From: an uncultured Gammaproteobacteria bacterium
GTDB lineage: Bacteria > Patescibacteriota > Patescibacteriia > Patescibacteriales > UBA12465
Assembly (NCBI GenBank): GCA_964470695.1
Contig: CAYYDR010000001.1
Span: forward strand, 273,997 to 337,996
Length of the DNA: 64,000 nt
Direction of reading: 5' to 3'
The position numbers and the translations under genes were made by a program. Below, in pieces: positions 37,145 through 45,995 of this stretch. Positions within the stretch are counted from its first letter, which is position 1. Each line of letters starts with the position of its first letter. A model generated the notes under the pieces. That model was not told the origin of the DNA, did no database searches, and saw only the letters and a list, made by a program, of their open reading frames with translations.

Positions 37145-37663
37145 ATGAGTAATAAGGTTATCTGTCACAATAGGAAAGGAGAGGAATTTTCGGTTGATAT
37201 TAATAAGTTTTGTTTTCGCCCCTCTGTTTACGGGTTATTGATTAAGGACGGTCGGGTTTTATTATCGCGGCAATGGGATGGCTATGATTTCCCGGGTGGG
37301 GGCATTGATTTGGGCGAGACATTAGAAGGGGCGGTGGTGCGAGAATTTTGGGAGGAAACCGGCTTGAGAGTAAAGCCCATCAGGGTTTTGCATGCAGAAA
37401 CTTCTTTTTATAAGCCGCATCATAGTAATAAGAATGGCCAGGAAACCTATTGGAACTGCCAACTAATTTATTTTGCCGTAGAACTCATAGGCGGAGAATT
37501 ATCAATTGCTAATATTGATGAATTTGAGAAAGAATATTTAGATTTGCCGGAATGGCTGGATATTAATAATCTTGCGGATAAAAAATTTAAAAATAGCCTA
37601 GGGCAGAGAAGCGTTGATTTAATTTTGAAGACAGCTCTTGGCCAATCATATTATGCGGGTTAA
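37145..37663 (+). CDS. Nudix hydrolase
   Basis: 172 aa. Nudix box GGGIDLGETLEGAVVREFWEETGL (G-x5-E-x7-REUxEExGU). Confidence 0.85.
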   Translation: MSNKVICHNRKGEEFSVDINKFCFRPSVYGLLIKDGRVLLSRQWDGYDFPGGGIDLGETLEGAVVREFWEETGLRVKPIRVLHAETSFYKPHHSNKNGQETYWNCQLIYFAVELIGGELSIANIDEFEKEYLDLPEWLDINNLADKKFKNSLGQRSVDLILKTALGQSYYAG

Positions 37664-38327
37664 GTTGCTAGTTGGCTTGACTGGCCATAATGCTCAAGAG
37701 TGTCTGGCTAAAATTGCTGATTTAAAAAATCATAGGATAAAAGAGGCAGCGCTTTTTTTAGAGCAAATTGATAGATCGGGCCGCCGGCAAGTTTACAAAG
37801 CTCTAGAGGCAAGCGGTTTAAAAAAGATTCCTTTAGTTCATTTGCGCCATGATATGTCTCGGGCCGAATTGGTTCTTTTGGCTGAAAAATATCAGACCAA
37901 ATATTTTACTATTCATGAAGATCATTTTGGGATTATAAAACGCTGGCGCGGCTTTTATCAAAATTTATATTTAGAAATGTCTACCGATGACCATGTCGCC
38001 CTGAATGTAAAAGTGGAAAAAATTGGCGGTTTTTGCGTTGATTTAGCTCATTATAAGAAACAGTCCATGATGGATAACCGAGACTTCGCCTATGTTTATA
38101 ACCGTCAGGGTAAGCGCCGCCTGTTTGCCTGTAATCATCTAAACGGCTATGATTATCAAGAGAATAATGATATGCACCGGATCTTTTCCCGTCATAATTT
38201 TCGTTACCTGAAAACTTTGCCGCGCTTCGTGTTCGGCCGTGTTATGGCCCTAGAGACCTATAATACTCTGGCCGAGCAATTAAGCTATAAACAATATTTA
38301 GAAGTTATGTTAAAAGAACTTTATTAG
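37653..38327 (+). CDS. Hypothetical protein (224 aa), His/Asp-rich strand-end motifs, unknown function
   Basis: ATG 37653 overlaps the Nudix stop by 11 nt (TTG 37638 is an alternative). Alternating strand/helix pattern with HLRHD, TIHEDH, VDLAH, CNHLNGY. This suggests a metal-dependent barrel-type enzyme, but I cannot name a family. Confidence 0.55.
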   Translation: MRVKLLVGLTGHNAQECLAKIADLKNHRIKEAALFLEQIDRSGRRQVYKALEASGLKKIPLVHLRHDMSRAELVLLAEKYQTKYFTIHEDHFGIIKRWRGFYQNLYLEMSTDDHVALNVKVEKIGGFCVDLAHYKKQSMMDNRDFAYVYNRQGKRRLFACNHLNGYDYQENNDMHRIFSRHNFRYLKTLPRFVFGRVMALETYNTLAEQLSYKQYLEVMLKELY

Positions 38328-38344
38328 TCGCTTTGCTATAATCT

Positions 38345-39634
38345 ATGTCCTATTCAAATAACCGATTAAATTTAAAGCCCGGCCAGATTGCCGGGTCACT
38401 AGCAATAATGCTGGCCGCTCTTTTTTGGAGTATTGACGGCTTGTTTATTCGGCCGCAATTCTATGTCCTGCCGGCCCAGCTAGTTGTTTTATTGGAGCAT
38501 GCTTTAGGTTTTATAGTTTTAAGCCCGTTTATTTTTGTTTATTGGCCGAAGATTAAATCGCTGAGTTTAAAAAGCTGGCTAGCTTTGGGATGGGTTAGTT
38601 TATTCGGCGGCATGATAGGAACAATATTCATTACTAAAGCTTTTTTCTCGGCCATGGACGGGGAAGTTAGTTTCGCCACAGTTGTTATTTTGCAAAAGCT
38701 GCAGCCGATTTTTGCTTTGCTATTGGCCCGAGTATTATTAAAAGAAAAACTAGACAAGAAATTCTATGTTTGGGCGGCAGTTGCCATTATCGCCAGTTAT
38801 TTTATCGCCTTCGCTAAGACCGGCCTGGATATCTCTAGCATTAATTGGTTATATAGCGGGGCGATATTCGCTTTTATTGCCGCCTTTGCTTTTGGTTCTT
38901 CCACTGTTTTTGGCAAGCGCGCGGCCAATCATCTTGATTATAAGGCGGTTGCCGCTTTGCGCTTCGGCTTAACTTCGCTTTTGGTCCTGATTCTAGTATT
39001 AATAGATGGCTCATTAGGCAGTATTAGCGCAGTAAGTTTAAGGCAATGGGAGCTTTTAGGGTTAATTGTTTTAACGAGCGGCGCCGGAGCCATGTTTGTT
39101 TATTATTTTGGCTTGCGTCGCGTACCGGCTTCGGCCGCGACTGTCCTAGAATTATTTTGGCCCTTTTCGGCTCTAGTGCTTGATTATATTTTTAACCGTA
39201 ATTATCTTAATTGGCAGCAAATGATTGCGTTAGTTATTTTATTGCTCGCTTTTTACAGAATTTCTATCTTAGGTAGTTTGAAAAAAATAAATTTTTCCGG
39301 GCGAGTTATCCGCGGCCAGGGGCGAGGCAAGGGGCTCGGCTATCCGACCGCTAATTTAGATAAGGTTGATTTAGATATCCCGCACGGCATTTACGCCGTT
39401 AGAGCCAGGTTAGATAATAAGGCTTATCTCGGTTTAATGCATTTTGGCTTTAAAGATGTTTTTCGGGAAGATGTTTCTTTGGAAGTTTTACTCAAAGATT
39501 TTTCCGGCGATATTTACGGCGAAAAATTAGAAGTTGAGGTTCTAGAAAAAATTAGGGAAGTGAAGAAATTTTCTAGCCCTTATCTTTTAGCGGAGGAAAT
39601 TAAGAAAGACCTGGAAATACTTAAGAAGTTCTAG
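38345..39634 (+). CDS. Fusion protein: EamA/DMT-superfamily permease (N-terminal approximately 310 aa) + riboflavin kinase domain (C-terminal approximately 115 aa)
   Basis: 429 aa. The N-terminal part has 10 hydrophobic helices in two EamA-like halves. The C-terminal GRVIRGQGRGKGLGYPTANL...GIYAV...GLMHFG...LEV.LLDFSGDIYGEKLEVEVLEKIREVKKFSS matches the RibF riboflavin-kinase domain pattern. Confidence 0.8.
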   Translation: MSYSNNRLNLKPGQIAGSLAIMLAALFWSIDGLFIRPQFYVLPAQLVVLLEHALGFIVLSPFIFVYWPKIKSLSLKSWLALGWVSLFGGMIGTIFITKAFFSAMDGEVSFATVVILQKLQPIFALLLARVLLKEKLDKKFYVWAAVAIIASYFIAFAKTGLDISSINWLYSGAIFAFIAAFAFGSSTVFGKRAANHLDYKAVAALRFGLTSLLVLILVLIDGSLGSISAVSLRQWELLGLIVLTSGAGAMFVYYFGLRRVPASAATVLELFWPFSALVLDYIFNRNYLNWQQMIALVILLLAFYRISILGSLKKINFSGRVIRGQGRGKGLGYPTANLDKVDLDIPHGIYAVRARLDNKAYLGLMHFGFKDVFREDVSLEVLLKDFSGDIYGEKLEVEVLEKIREVKKFSSPYLLAEEIKKDLEILKKF

Positions 39635-39657
39635 AAAGCACTAAAAATCATAAATTT

Positions 39658-39682
39658 AAAACGAGGCTAAGCCTCGTTTTTT
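39658..39682. terminator. Bidirectional terminator hairpin
   Basis: ACGAGGC-TAA-GCCTCGT stem-loop flanked by an A-run and T6. Confidence 0.75.
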
Positions 39683-39699
39683 AGTTGATTTGAAATAAT

Positions 39700-39728
39700 T
39701 TGACAGGTTTTCTCCACAGGAGTAATAT
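39700..39728 (+). promoter_or_regulatory. Sigma70 promoter of the copper operon
   Basis: TTGACA (39700-39705), 17-nt spacer, TAATAT (39723-39728). Confidence 0.65.
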
Positions 39729-39740
39729 ATAGGTAACCCC

Positions 39741-39757
39741 CACCCCAGGTATTGGTA
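39741..39757 (+). promoter_or_regulatory. Candidate CsoR-type operator (CACCCCAGGTATTGGTA)
   Basis: G/C-tract pseudo-palindrome CACC-CCA-GGTA immediately downstream of the predicted TSS. The 9-nt core ACCCCAGGT recurs at 53553-53561 in the csoR promoter. Confidence 0.45.
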
Positions 39758-39758
39758 A

Positions 39759-40241
39759 ATGGGAATTGTTAAAATCATGTCTAAATATCTTATTAAAATT
39801 GTGGCGAGTCCGCTTATTGCTTTAATTTTTTTACTGGGCAGTAATTTTTGTTGGCAGAATATATTAAATCCGGTTGTTACGCAGGGGGAACCTTTGACCC
39901 AGACCAAAGCTTCGGCTGTGGTTAGTTATAATAATTATAATAGCCTGGCTGTTGAAATAGATTATTGTAACGAAGGGCGGGGTGATACTTCTAGTACTGA
40001 TTTTTTTCTATTATCTTTGGCCGCTTCTCATCATAATACTATTTTACCCTGTTGTTTAAATGAGGGGCAGCCTAATGCTGTTGCCTTCACACAATCTTTA
40101 GAAATAAATAAGTCGGCTCCAGCCATACTTTTTTTTAGTCAGCAATTATTAAAAATTGTTCCCGCAATATCTTCTTATCATATTCCTATTATAGCGCCGC
40201 CGAAGTTACTAGCGGTTCAGACTACTATTCTTCGTCTATAG
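39759..40241 (+). CDS. Secreted Cys/His-containing hypothetical protein, first gene of the copper operon
   Basis: 160 aa (alternative start ATG 39777, MSKYLIKIV...). Signal-like hydrophobic N-terminus. Contains SHHNTILPCC and other Cys residues. The overlapping minus-strand ORF 39656-39907 is rejected. Confidence 0.55.
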   Translation: MGIVKIMSKYLIKIVASPLIALIFLLGSNFCWQNILNPVVTQGEPLTQTKASAVVSYNNYNSLAVEIDYCNEGRGDTSSTDFFLLSLAASHHNTILPCCLNEGQPNAVAFTQSLEINKSAPAILFFSQQLLKIVPAISSYHIPIIAPPKLLAVQTTILRL

Positions 40242-40305
40242 ATAGAATTATTAGTTGGCAAATGTTTGTTAAGAGTTTTTGCTCAAATTAATAATAATTC
40301 TATTT

Positions 40306-42183
40306 ATGTCTCATAATAAATATCTAAAACTACCTATTAAGGGCATGCACTGCGCTTCTTGTGAATTGCTTGTAGAAGAAAAGCTTAAGGAGGTTCCGCA
40401 TGTTCAATCGGTAGAAGTAAATCATAAGACTGGTGAGGCTATCATATATCATGACTATGCTGTGCCCTCTATGGCTCATCTTGATAAAGCAATTAAGGAC
40501 TCCGGCTATTCAATCGGCGAGTCAGATAAGTTGCCTCTTTTAACGCGCGACAGAAAAGAATACGCCAGCCTGGGGGTCGCCTTTCTATTTTTAATGGCCG
40601 CTTATTTGGTTTTCAAGGGACTGGGTTTAACCGATATTAGTATTGCTACCGATCTCAGCAGCCCAAGCTGGGGTTTAATTATAATAATTGGGTTGGTTGC
40701 GGGGTTCTCTACTTGTATGGCTCTGGTGGGCGGGTTATCCTTGGGACTCTCTACTAAATTTGCCGAGAGCCACCCTACCGCGACGCCGACGGAAAAATTT
40801 AGACCTCATATTTATTTCGTAATTGGCCGCATCTTATCTTATGCTACTTTAGGCGGAGTTTTAGGCGCTTTAGGCACGATATTTCAACTCTCTTCTGCCG
40901 CCAACGCTGCCTTAACTATACTAATAGGAATTGTTATGCTTATTATGGGTTTGCAGCTCATTAATATTTTTCCTCGTTTGAATAAATTTAAATTGGCTAT
41001 ACCTAAAGGAATTGCTAAAGCCCTAGGAATTAGCCAGAAAAATAAGGAGTATAGTCCGGAGCGGGCTATGCTCATGGGGGCTTTAACTTTTTTCTTGCCT
41101 TGCGGATTTACACAGGCCATGCAACTTTACGCGATTAGTAGCGGCAATTTCGCGTTTGGCATGATGGTAATGGGCCTGTTTGCCCTAGGAACCGCTCCTG
41201 GTTTATTAAGTGTCGGCGGCGTTACTTCTTTAGTCCGTGGTCAATTTAAGGAGCGATTTTTTAAAGTCGCCGGCCTAGCGGTTATATTTTTTGCTTTGTT
41301 TAATTTAAATAATGGCTACACTTTAGCCAGTTTAAGTGTGGTGGGGTTGACTGGTAGTAATTTTGGTTCTGAAAAAGTTATTAATGATCCAAACGTAATT
41401 ATGGAGAATGGGATACAGATAGTACGCATGATAGAGAGTAACCGAGGCTATACGCCTAATAAATTTTCAATTAAAAAAGATGTTCCGGTTAAATGGATAA
41501 TTGATGCTCAGGCGCCATATTCTTGTGCTAGTTCCATTGTTGTTCCTGGCTTGAATATTCAGAAGAGTTTAGAGGCAGGAGAAAATATAATTGAATTTAT
41601 TCCTAAGGAAGTGGGGAAATTAGCATTCTCTTGTTCTATGGGTATGTATACAGGAGTCTTTAATGTTTATGATGAAAATGATTCAGTGGGTAATGGCTCA
41701 GTAACGTCAGATAGTAATGACGCTAGCCCAATCGTTAAAAGTCCTAAAGGAACTTGTGGTTCTGGGGGCGGCGGAGGAGGCGGTTGTGGCGGAGGGGGAA
41801 GTGCTGGTGGTGGTTGCGGCGGAGGAGGAGGCGGAGGTTGTGGTGGTTGCGGAGGGGGCGCTAAAATTAAAACAAACACAGTTGATACGCCCGCTGATAA
41901 TCAAGGTGGCGTTCAGGTTATTAAAACCAGTTATACCCAGTCCGCCGATATTCAGCCTAATAGTTTTACGGTTAAAGCCGGTAAGCCAGTTCGCTTTGAA
42001 ATAGAAGCCAAGGAAGATGGTGCTGGCTGTATGGGCGCGATTGAGGTTCAGACTTTATCGGAAGGGCCGCAAGATTTAGTGGCCGGCAAAACCATTGTTA
42101 TGGAATTTATACCTACGACGCCCGGTAGTTATCTAATTACATGTGCCATGGGCATGCCGCGGGGGACTATAAAAGTGCAATAA
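40306..42183 (+). CDS. HMA domain + CcdA/DsbD_2-like transmembrane domain + two cupredoxin-like domains separated by a Gly/Cys tract; possible membrane copper-tolerance protein
   Basis: Start at ATG 40306 (MSHNKYLKLPIKGMHCASCE = HMA MxCxxC). TM core with GFSTCMALVGG and FFLPCGFTQAMQ. First C-terminal domain carries YSCAS...FSCSMGMY. Then GTCGSGGGGGGGCGGGGSAGGGCGGGGGGGCGGCGGG. The second domain carries GCMG...ITCAMGM. Confidence 0.75.
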   Translation: MSHNKYLKLPIKGMHCASCELLVEEKLKEVPHVQSVEVNHKTGEAIIYHDYAVPSMAHLDKAIKDSGYSIGESDKLPLLTRDRKEYASLGVAFLFLMAAYLVFKGLGLTDISIATDLSSPSWGLIIIIGLVAGFSTCMALVGGLSLGLSTKFAESHPTATPTEKFRPHIYFVIGRILSYATLGGVLGALGTIFQLSSAANAALTILIGIVMLIMGLQLINIFPRLNKFKLAIPKGIAKALGISQKNKEYSPERAMLMGALTFFLPCGFTQAMQLYAISSGNFAFGMMVMGLFALGTAPGLLSVGGVTSLVRGQFKERFFKVAGLAVIFFALFNLNNGYTLASLSVVGLTGSNFGSEKVINDPNVIMENGIQIVRMIESNRGYTPNKFSIKKDVPVKWIIDAQAPYSCASSIVVPGLNIQKSLEAGENIIEFIPKEVGKLAFSCSMGMYTGVFNVYDENDSVGNGSVTSDSNDASPIVKSPKGTCGSGGGGGGGCGGGGSAGGGCGGGGGGGCGGCGGGAKIKTNTVDTPADNQGGVQVIKTSYTQSADIQPNSFTVKAGKPVRFEIEAKEDGAGCMGAIEVQTLSEGPQDLVAGKTIVMEFIPTTPGSYLITCAMGMPRGTIKVQ

Positions 42184-42201
42184 TAATTAATTAAGAATTA
42201 C

Positions 42202-42408
42202 ATGAATAATATTAATTTTAAGTTAGCTGGCTTAACTTGTGAAGCTTGTCTTAAATTAGTCTCGCGGAAGTTAAAAAAAATTCCCGGCGTGACAAGCGTG
42301 AAAGTTGATTTAGCGTCTGGTGAAACCCAAGTTACTAGTTCGGGCAAAATCGATTTAGAGATTTTGCGAAAAAGCTTAGAGAATACGCATTATTCAATAG
42401 TTAAATAA
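42202..42408 (+). CDS. copZ: Copper chaperone (single HMA domain)
   Basis: 68 aa. LTCEAC metal-binding motif in a ferredoxin-like HMA fold pattern. Lies between the membrane protein and copA. Confidence 0.8.
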   Translation: MNNINFKLAGLTCEACLKLVSRKLKKIPGVTSVKVDLASGETQVTSSGKIDLEILRKSLENTHYSIVK

Positions 42409-42412
42409 TTAT

Positions 42413-45400
42413 ATGAGCCAAAAAATAAAATTGAAAATAGAGGGCATGCATTGCTCATCTTGCGAAACAATTATTAAGGAGGAGGTGTCTGAGTTACCGG
42501 GAGTTAGCGACATTTCCGTTAGTTCTAAAACTGGCACAGCGGAATTGGTTTTAGACGAGTCAAAAAACAATACGGAGGATATTCTTAAGGCAGTTAAAGA
42601 AGCTGGTTATGAGGCGATTGTTCAGTCGGACGTATCTTTAGAGGGCAAAAAAAATATGGAGATTAGACAGCCAGAAATTATTATCTCCGGCAGTCAAGCT
42701 CGGGGCAGCGAACCTTTGAAAATTCAATTGGAAATTAAAGTTTCAGTTGATAGTGGTCACAACAGCGCACAGGCCGTAAAGGACAATAAACTAATGACGG
42801 TTATTGAAGGTGATAGTTTTATTCAAAACACTAGTCAGGCGGCCGACACAAATTTGAGTCAGAATAATAATTTAAGTCAAAATTCCAACCAACGAACTAA
42901 TTTGTCCCTTTTTGGCATGCACTGCTCATCGTGCGCTAATATTATTGAGCGGTCTCTTAAGAAAGTCCCAGGCGTCAAACTGGCTAATGTTAATTTTGCT
43001 GCTGAAAAAGCGTCGGTTATATATGATGAATCTCAAGTTAAGACTCAAAGTTTAATTGAAGCTATTTCTAAAGCTGGCTATAAAGCGGAAGTGGTGGATC
43101 CCAAGGATACCGACTATGATAGAAAGAAGCGGGAAAAAGAAACTAAATCGTACTTTGGAAAGTTTTGGTTTAGTTTTGTTCTTAGTTTACCAATGCTTTA
43201 TTTCATGCTTCTAGATTTTTTTGCTATTCCAGGCAAAGCTTTAGTTCTGCCATTTGTCGGTGTTATTTCACTGGTTCTAACTGCGCCGATTCAGTTCTTT
43301 ATTGGAGCGGGGTTTTATAAGGGTTTTTGGTCATCACTAAAAATGAAAACCTTTAATATGGATAGCCTGATCGCGATTGGCACTTCAACTGCTTTCATTT
43401 ATAGTTTAGTTAATTTTATAAATTACTTTATAAAAACTAAATCAGTTATTGGCTTAAGTGGTAAAATTCCGGAATTATATTTTGAAACAGCTGCTTTCTT
43501 AATTACTTTTGTAATTTTAGGAAAATGGCTGGAGATTCGCACTAAAGGGAAGACGGGTGACGCTATTAAAAAGTTAATGGGACTACAGGCAAAAACCGCT
43601 CGCATTATCAGAAACGGCTCAGTTATTGATATCCCGGTTGATGAAGTGGTCCGTGGCGACGTTGTTATTGTCCGCCCCGGAGAGAAAATTCCGGTTGATG
43701 GAAAAATAACGAAAGGGTCGTCAGCGATTGATGAATCAATGATTACCGGCGAGAGCTTGCCGGTTGAAAAAAAAGTTGGCGATTTAGTAATTGGCAGTAC
43801 CGTTAACAAAACCGGTAGTTTTGAGTTTGAGGCAACCAGGGTAGGTAATGAAACAGCTTTAGCGCAAATTATCCGTTTAGTAGAAGATGCGCAAGGGTCA
43901 AAGGCGCCGATTCAGGGGTTTGCGGATAAGATTTCGGCGGTCTTTGTGCCGACCGTTATTGGCATTGCCATTATTACTTTCTTGATTTGGTATTTTTTAC
44001 TAGGAGCAACATTATCTTTCGCTTTAATGGCTTTCACGGCCGTCATTGTTATCGCTTGTCCCTGCGCTTTAGGGCTAGCTACGCCAACGGCACTTATGGT
44101 TGGCACTGGCAAAGGGGCGGAATATGGAATTTTAGTAAAAGGGGGCGAGCCGCTGGAAGCAGCTTGCCATATTAATGCGGTTGTTTTTGATAAGACCGGC
44201 ACCCTTACTAAAGGTAAGCCGGAAGTAACTGATATTATTCCTTTTGCGAGTTTAGATGAAGATGAGATATTAGAGATATCCGCTAGTTTAGAAAAATTAT
44301 CCGAGCATCCGTTAGCAGAAGCGATTTATACTTACGCCAATGAAGAGTCTATTAGTCTAAAGGAAGCGAAAAATTTTTCCGCCATCCCCGGTCATGGCGT
44401 TAAAGGAATAATAAATGATATAGAATATTATTTTGGTAATCGCCGTTTAATGGCCGAAGTACTTAATCATTCAATTGATAAAATTAATCGCAAGTTGGCT
44501 AAATTAGAAGAACAGGGGAAGACAACAATGATTTTGGCGACTAAAGATGAAATATTGGGTGCTATTGCGGTAGCGGACACAGTTAAGCCAACTTCGTCGG
44601 ATGCGGTCGCTAAATTAAAGAAGCTAGGCGTCGCAGTTTATATGATAACCGGTGATAATGAACGAACGGCCCGCGCTATTGCGGTTCAGGTGGGAATTGA
44701 AAATGTTTTAGCGGAAGTTTTGCCGGAGGATAAGGCTAACGAAGTGAAAAAGTTGCAGCAGAATAATTATAAGGTAGCGATGGTTGGCGATGGTATTAAT
44801 GACGCCCCGGCTTTAGCGCAAGCTGATTTAGGTATTGCCATGGGTTCTGGTACTGACGTGGCCATGGAAACCGGCGGCATCGTTATTATGAAAAATGATT
44901 TGAGCGATGTGGTAACTGCCCTGCAATTATCACGTGAGACTATGAGCAAGATAAAACAGAATATGTTTTTTGCTTTATTCTATAATGTCATTGGCATTCC
45001 GATTGCCGCCCGTATTTTTACTAAATATGGTTTAGTGCTAAAGCCGGAATTGGCCGGATTAGCGATGGCCTTTAGTTCAATTTCGGTCGTTGGCAATTCT
45101 TTGCTCTTACGCTACTTTAAGCCGAATAAGAGAAATTATTTATCATTAATTGCTCCGGTCATTATGGTTTTAGTTTTCACTTTTGGTTTCTTTGAGTTTG
45201 CTAAATTAAGTTCGGGCATGGAAAACCAGGACATGAATGTGGTTGTCTCTGTGGAAAGTGCCTCAACTATTAACACCTTTATAGCCAACGGCGAAACTAA
45301 GATTAATTTTGGCGATGGAGATCCTAAATTATTTTTAGGCGCCGACAGCTTGCCGGGCTTACTAAAAATTAGTGAGGGAGTTTTGACCCTTGGTAATGAT

Positions 45401-45910
45401 GAGATGATAATCGGTTATGATGAGGCAATGATGATGAAAAAGGAAAATTTGATTAAGGGACCGGGCGATAGTTTAACTAACTTCTTTGGTCTACCGAGTG
45501 TAAAAATAGTTGGCATTTTAGAGCCAACTGGGACTTTGGTTGATAATTATCACTTTGTTAATAAGAATACTCTTGTTAAGATGACTAGCGCTGCCCTAGT
45601 TAGATATGTAGCTGAGAAAGAAATTATTAAGAGTTTCTACTTTGACACAGCCACTAATACCCCCGATAAATTAAAGAACGATATTAAAGACTTTGATCAA
45701 ATTAATTTAGGTGATAAGAAATACCTGCCGATTTATATTGGTTTTAGTGAAGCTAAAATGATGATAGAGGCCAAGTTAATTAGTAAAGTTGGTGATACTA
45801 TTGATAATTTTTTTGGTAATAATGTAATGATAGCGGGAATTTTACCTGAAACAAAAACAACCTTAGATATGATGCATTATGTAGGGCCAGATTTTGTTGT
45901 AAAAAACTAG
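42413..45910 (+). CDS. copA: Copper-translocating P1B-type ATPase with two N-terminal HMA domains and a approximately 260-aa C-terminal extension
   Basis: 1165 aa. GMHCSSC twice, [35 protein letters not shown]. After the usual last TM (...LLRYFKP) comes one extra TM ([21 protein letters not shown]) and a approximately 235-aa domain with an internal duplication. Confidence 0.9.
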   Translation: MSQKIKLKIEGMHCSSCETIIKEEVSELPGVSDISVSSKTGTAELVLDESKNNTEDILKAVKEAGYEAIVQSDVSLEGKKNMEIRQPEIIISGSQARGSEPLKIQLEIKVSVDSGHNSAQAVKDNKLMTVIEGDSFIQNTSQAADTNLSQNNNLSQNSNQRTNLSLFGMHCSSCANIIERSLKKVPGVKLANVNFAAEKASVIYDESQVKTQSLIEAISKAGYKAEVVDPKDTDYDRKKREKETKSYFGKFWFSFVLSLPMLYFMLLDFFAIPGKALVLPFVGVISLVLTAPIQFFIGAGFYKGFWSSLKMKTFNMDSLIAIGTSTAFIYSLVNFINYFIKTKSVIGLSGKIPELYFETAAFLITFVILGKWLEIRTKGKTGDAIKKLMGLQAKTARIIRNGSVIDIPVDEVVRGDVVIVRPGEKIPVDGKITKGSSAIDESMITGESLPVEKKVGDLVIGSTVNKTGSFEFEATRVGNETALAQIIRLVEDAQGSKAPIQGFADKISAVFVPTVIGIAIITFLIWYFLLGATLSFALMAFTAVIVIACPCALGLATPTALMVGTGKGAEYGILVKGGEPLEAACHINAVVFDKTGTLTKGKPEVTDIIPFASLDEDEILEISASLEKLSEHPLAEAIYTYANEESISLKEAKNFSAIPGHGVKGIINDIEYYFGNRRLMAEVLNHSIDKINRKLAKLEEQGKTTMILATKDEILGAIAVADTVKPTSSDAVAKLKKLGVAVYMITGDNERTARAIAVQVGIENVLAEVLPEDKANEVKKLQQNNYKVAMVGDGINDAPALAQADLGIAMGSGTDVAMETGGIVIMKNDLSDVVTALQLSRETMSKIKQNMFFALFYNVIGIPIAARIFTKYGLVLKPELAGLAMAFSSISVVGNSLLLRYFKPNKRNYLSLIAPVIMVLVFTFGFFEFAKLSSGMENQDMNVVVSVESASTINTFIANGETKINFGDGDPKLFLGADSLPGLLKISEGVLTLGNDEMIIGYDEAMMMKKENLIKGPGDSLTNFFGLPSVKIVGILEPTGTLVDNYHFVNKNTLVKMTSAALVRYVAEKEIIKSFYFDTATNTPDKLKNDIKDFDQINLGDKKYLPIYIGFSEAKMMIEAKLISKVGDTIDNFFGNNVMIAGILPETKTTLDMMHYVGPDFVVKN

Positions 45911-45943
45911 TATTTAGTTTTGTTGGTTATTAGAGATGGTTGA

Positions 45944-45982
45944 AAACAAAAACAGCGACCGTTTAGGCCGTTGTTTTTGTTT
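45944..45982. terminator. Bidirectional terminator between copA and greA
   Basis: 11-bp outer stem AAACAAAAACA / TGTTTTTGTTT with a GC-rich inner stem. Confidence 0.75.
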
Positions 45983-45995
45983 AAGAAATTATTTG

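Noticed and set aside
38334-38342. TGCTATAAT box 2 nt upstream of the permease-kinase ATG
   Set aside because: It is too close to the ATG at 38345 to serve that start codon, since the TSS would fall inside the ORF. It is probably coincidental, or an internal promoter. The gene is more likely co-transcribed with the Nudix operon.
39656-39907. Minus-strand 83-aa ORF overlapping the copper-operon promoter
   Set aside because: It would read through the terminator hairpin and against a consensus plus-strand promoter. The plus-strand ORF has a signal-peptide-like start and operon context.
41667-42004. Three ORFs rich in Pro, Ala/Ser/Thr or Ala/Glu/Val (41667-41879 -, 41707-41904 -, 41717-42004 +)
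   Set aside because: These are alternative-frame readings of the GGN/TGY repeat inside the 40306-42183 gene.
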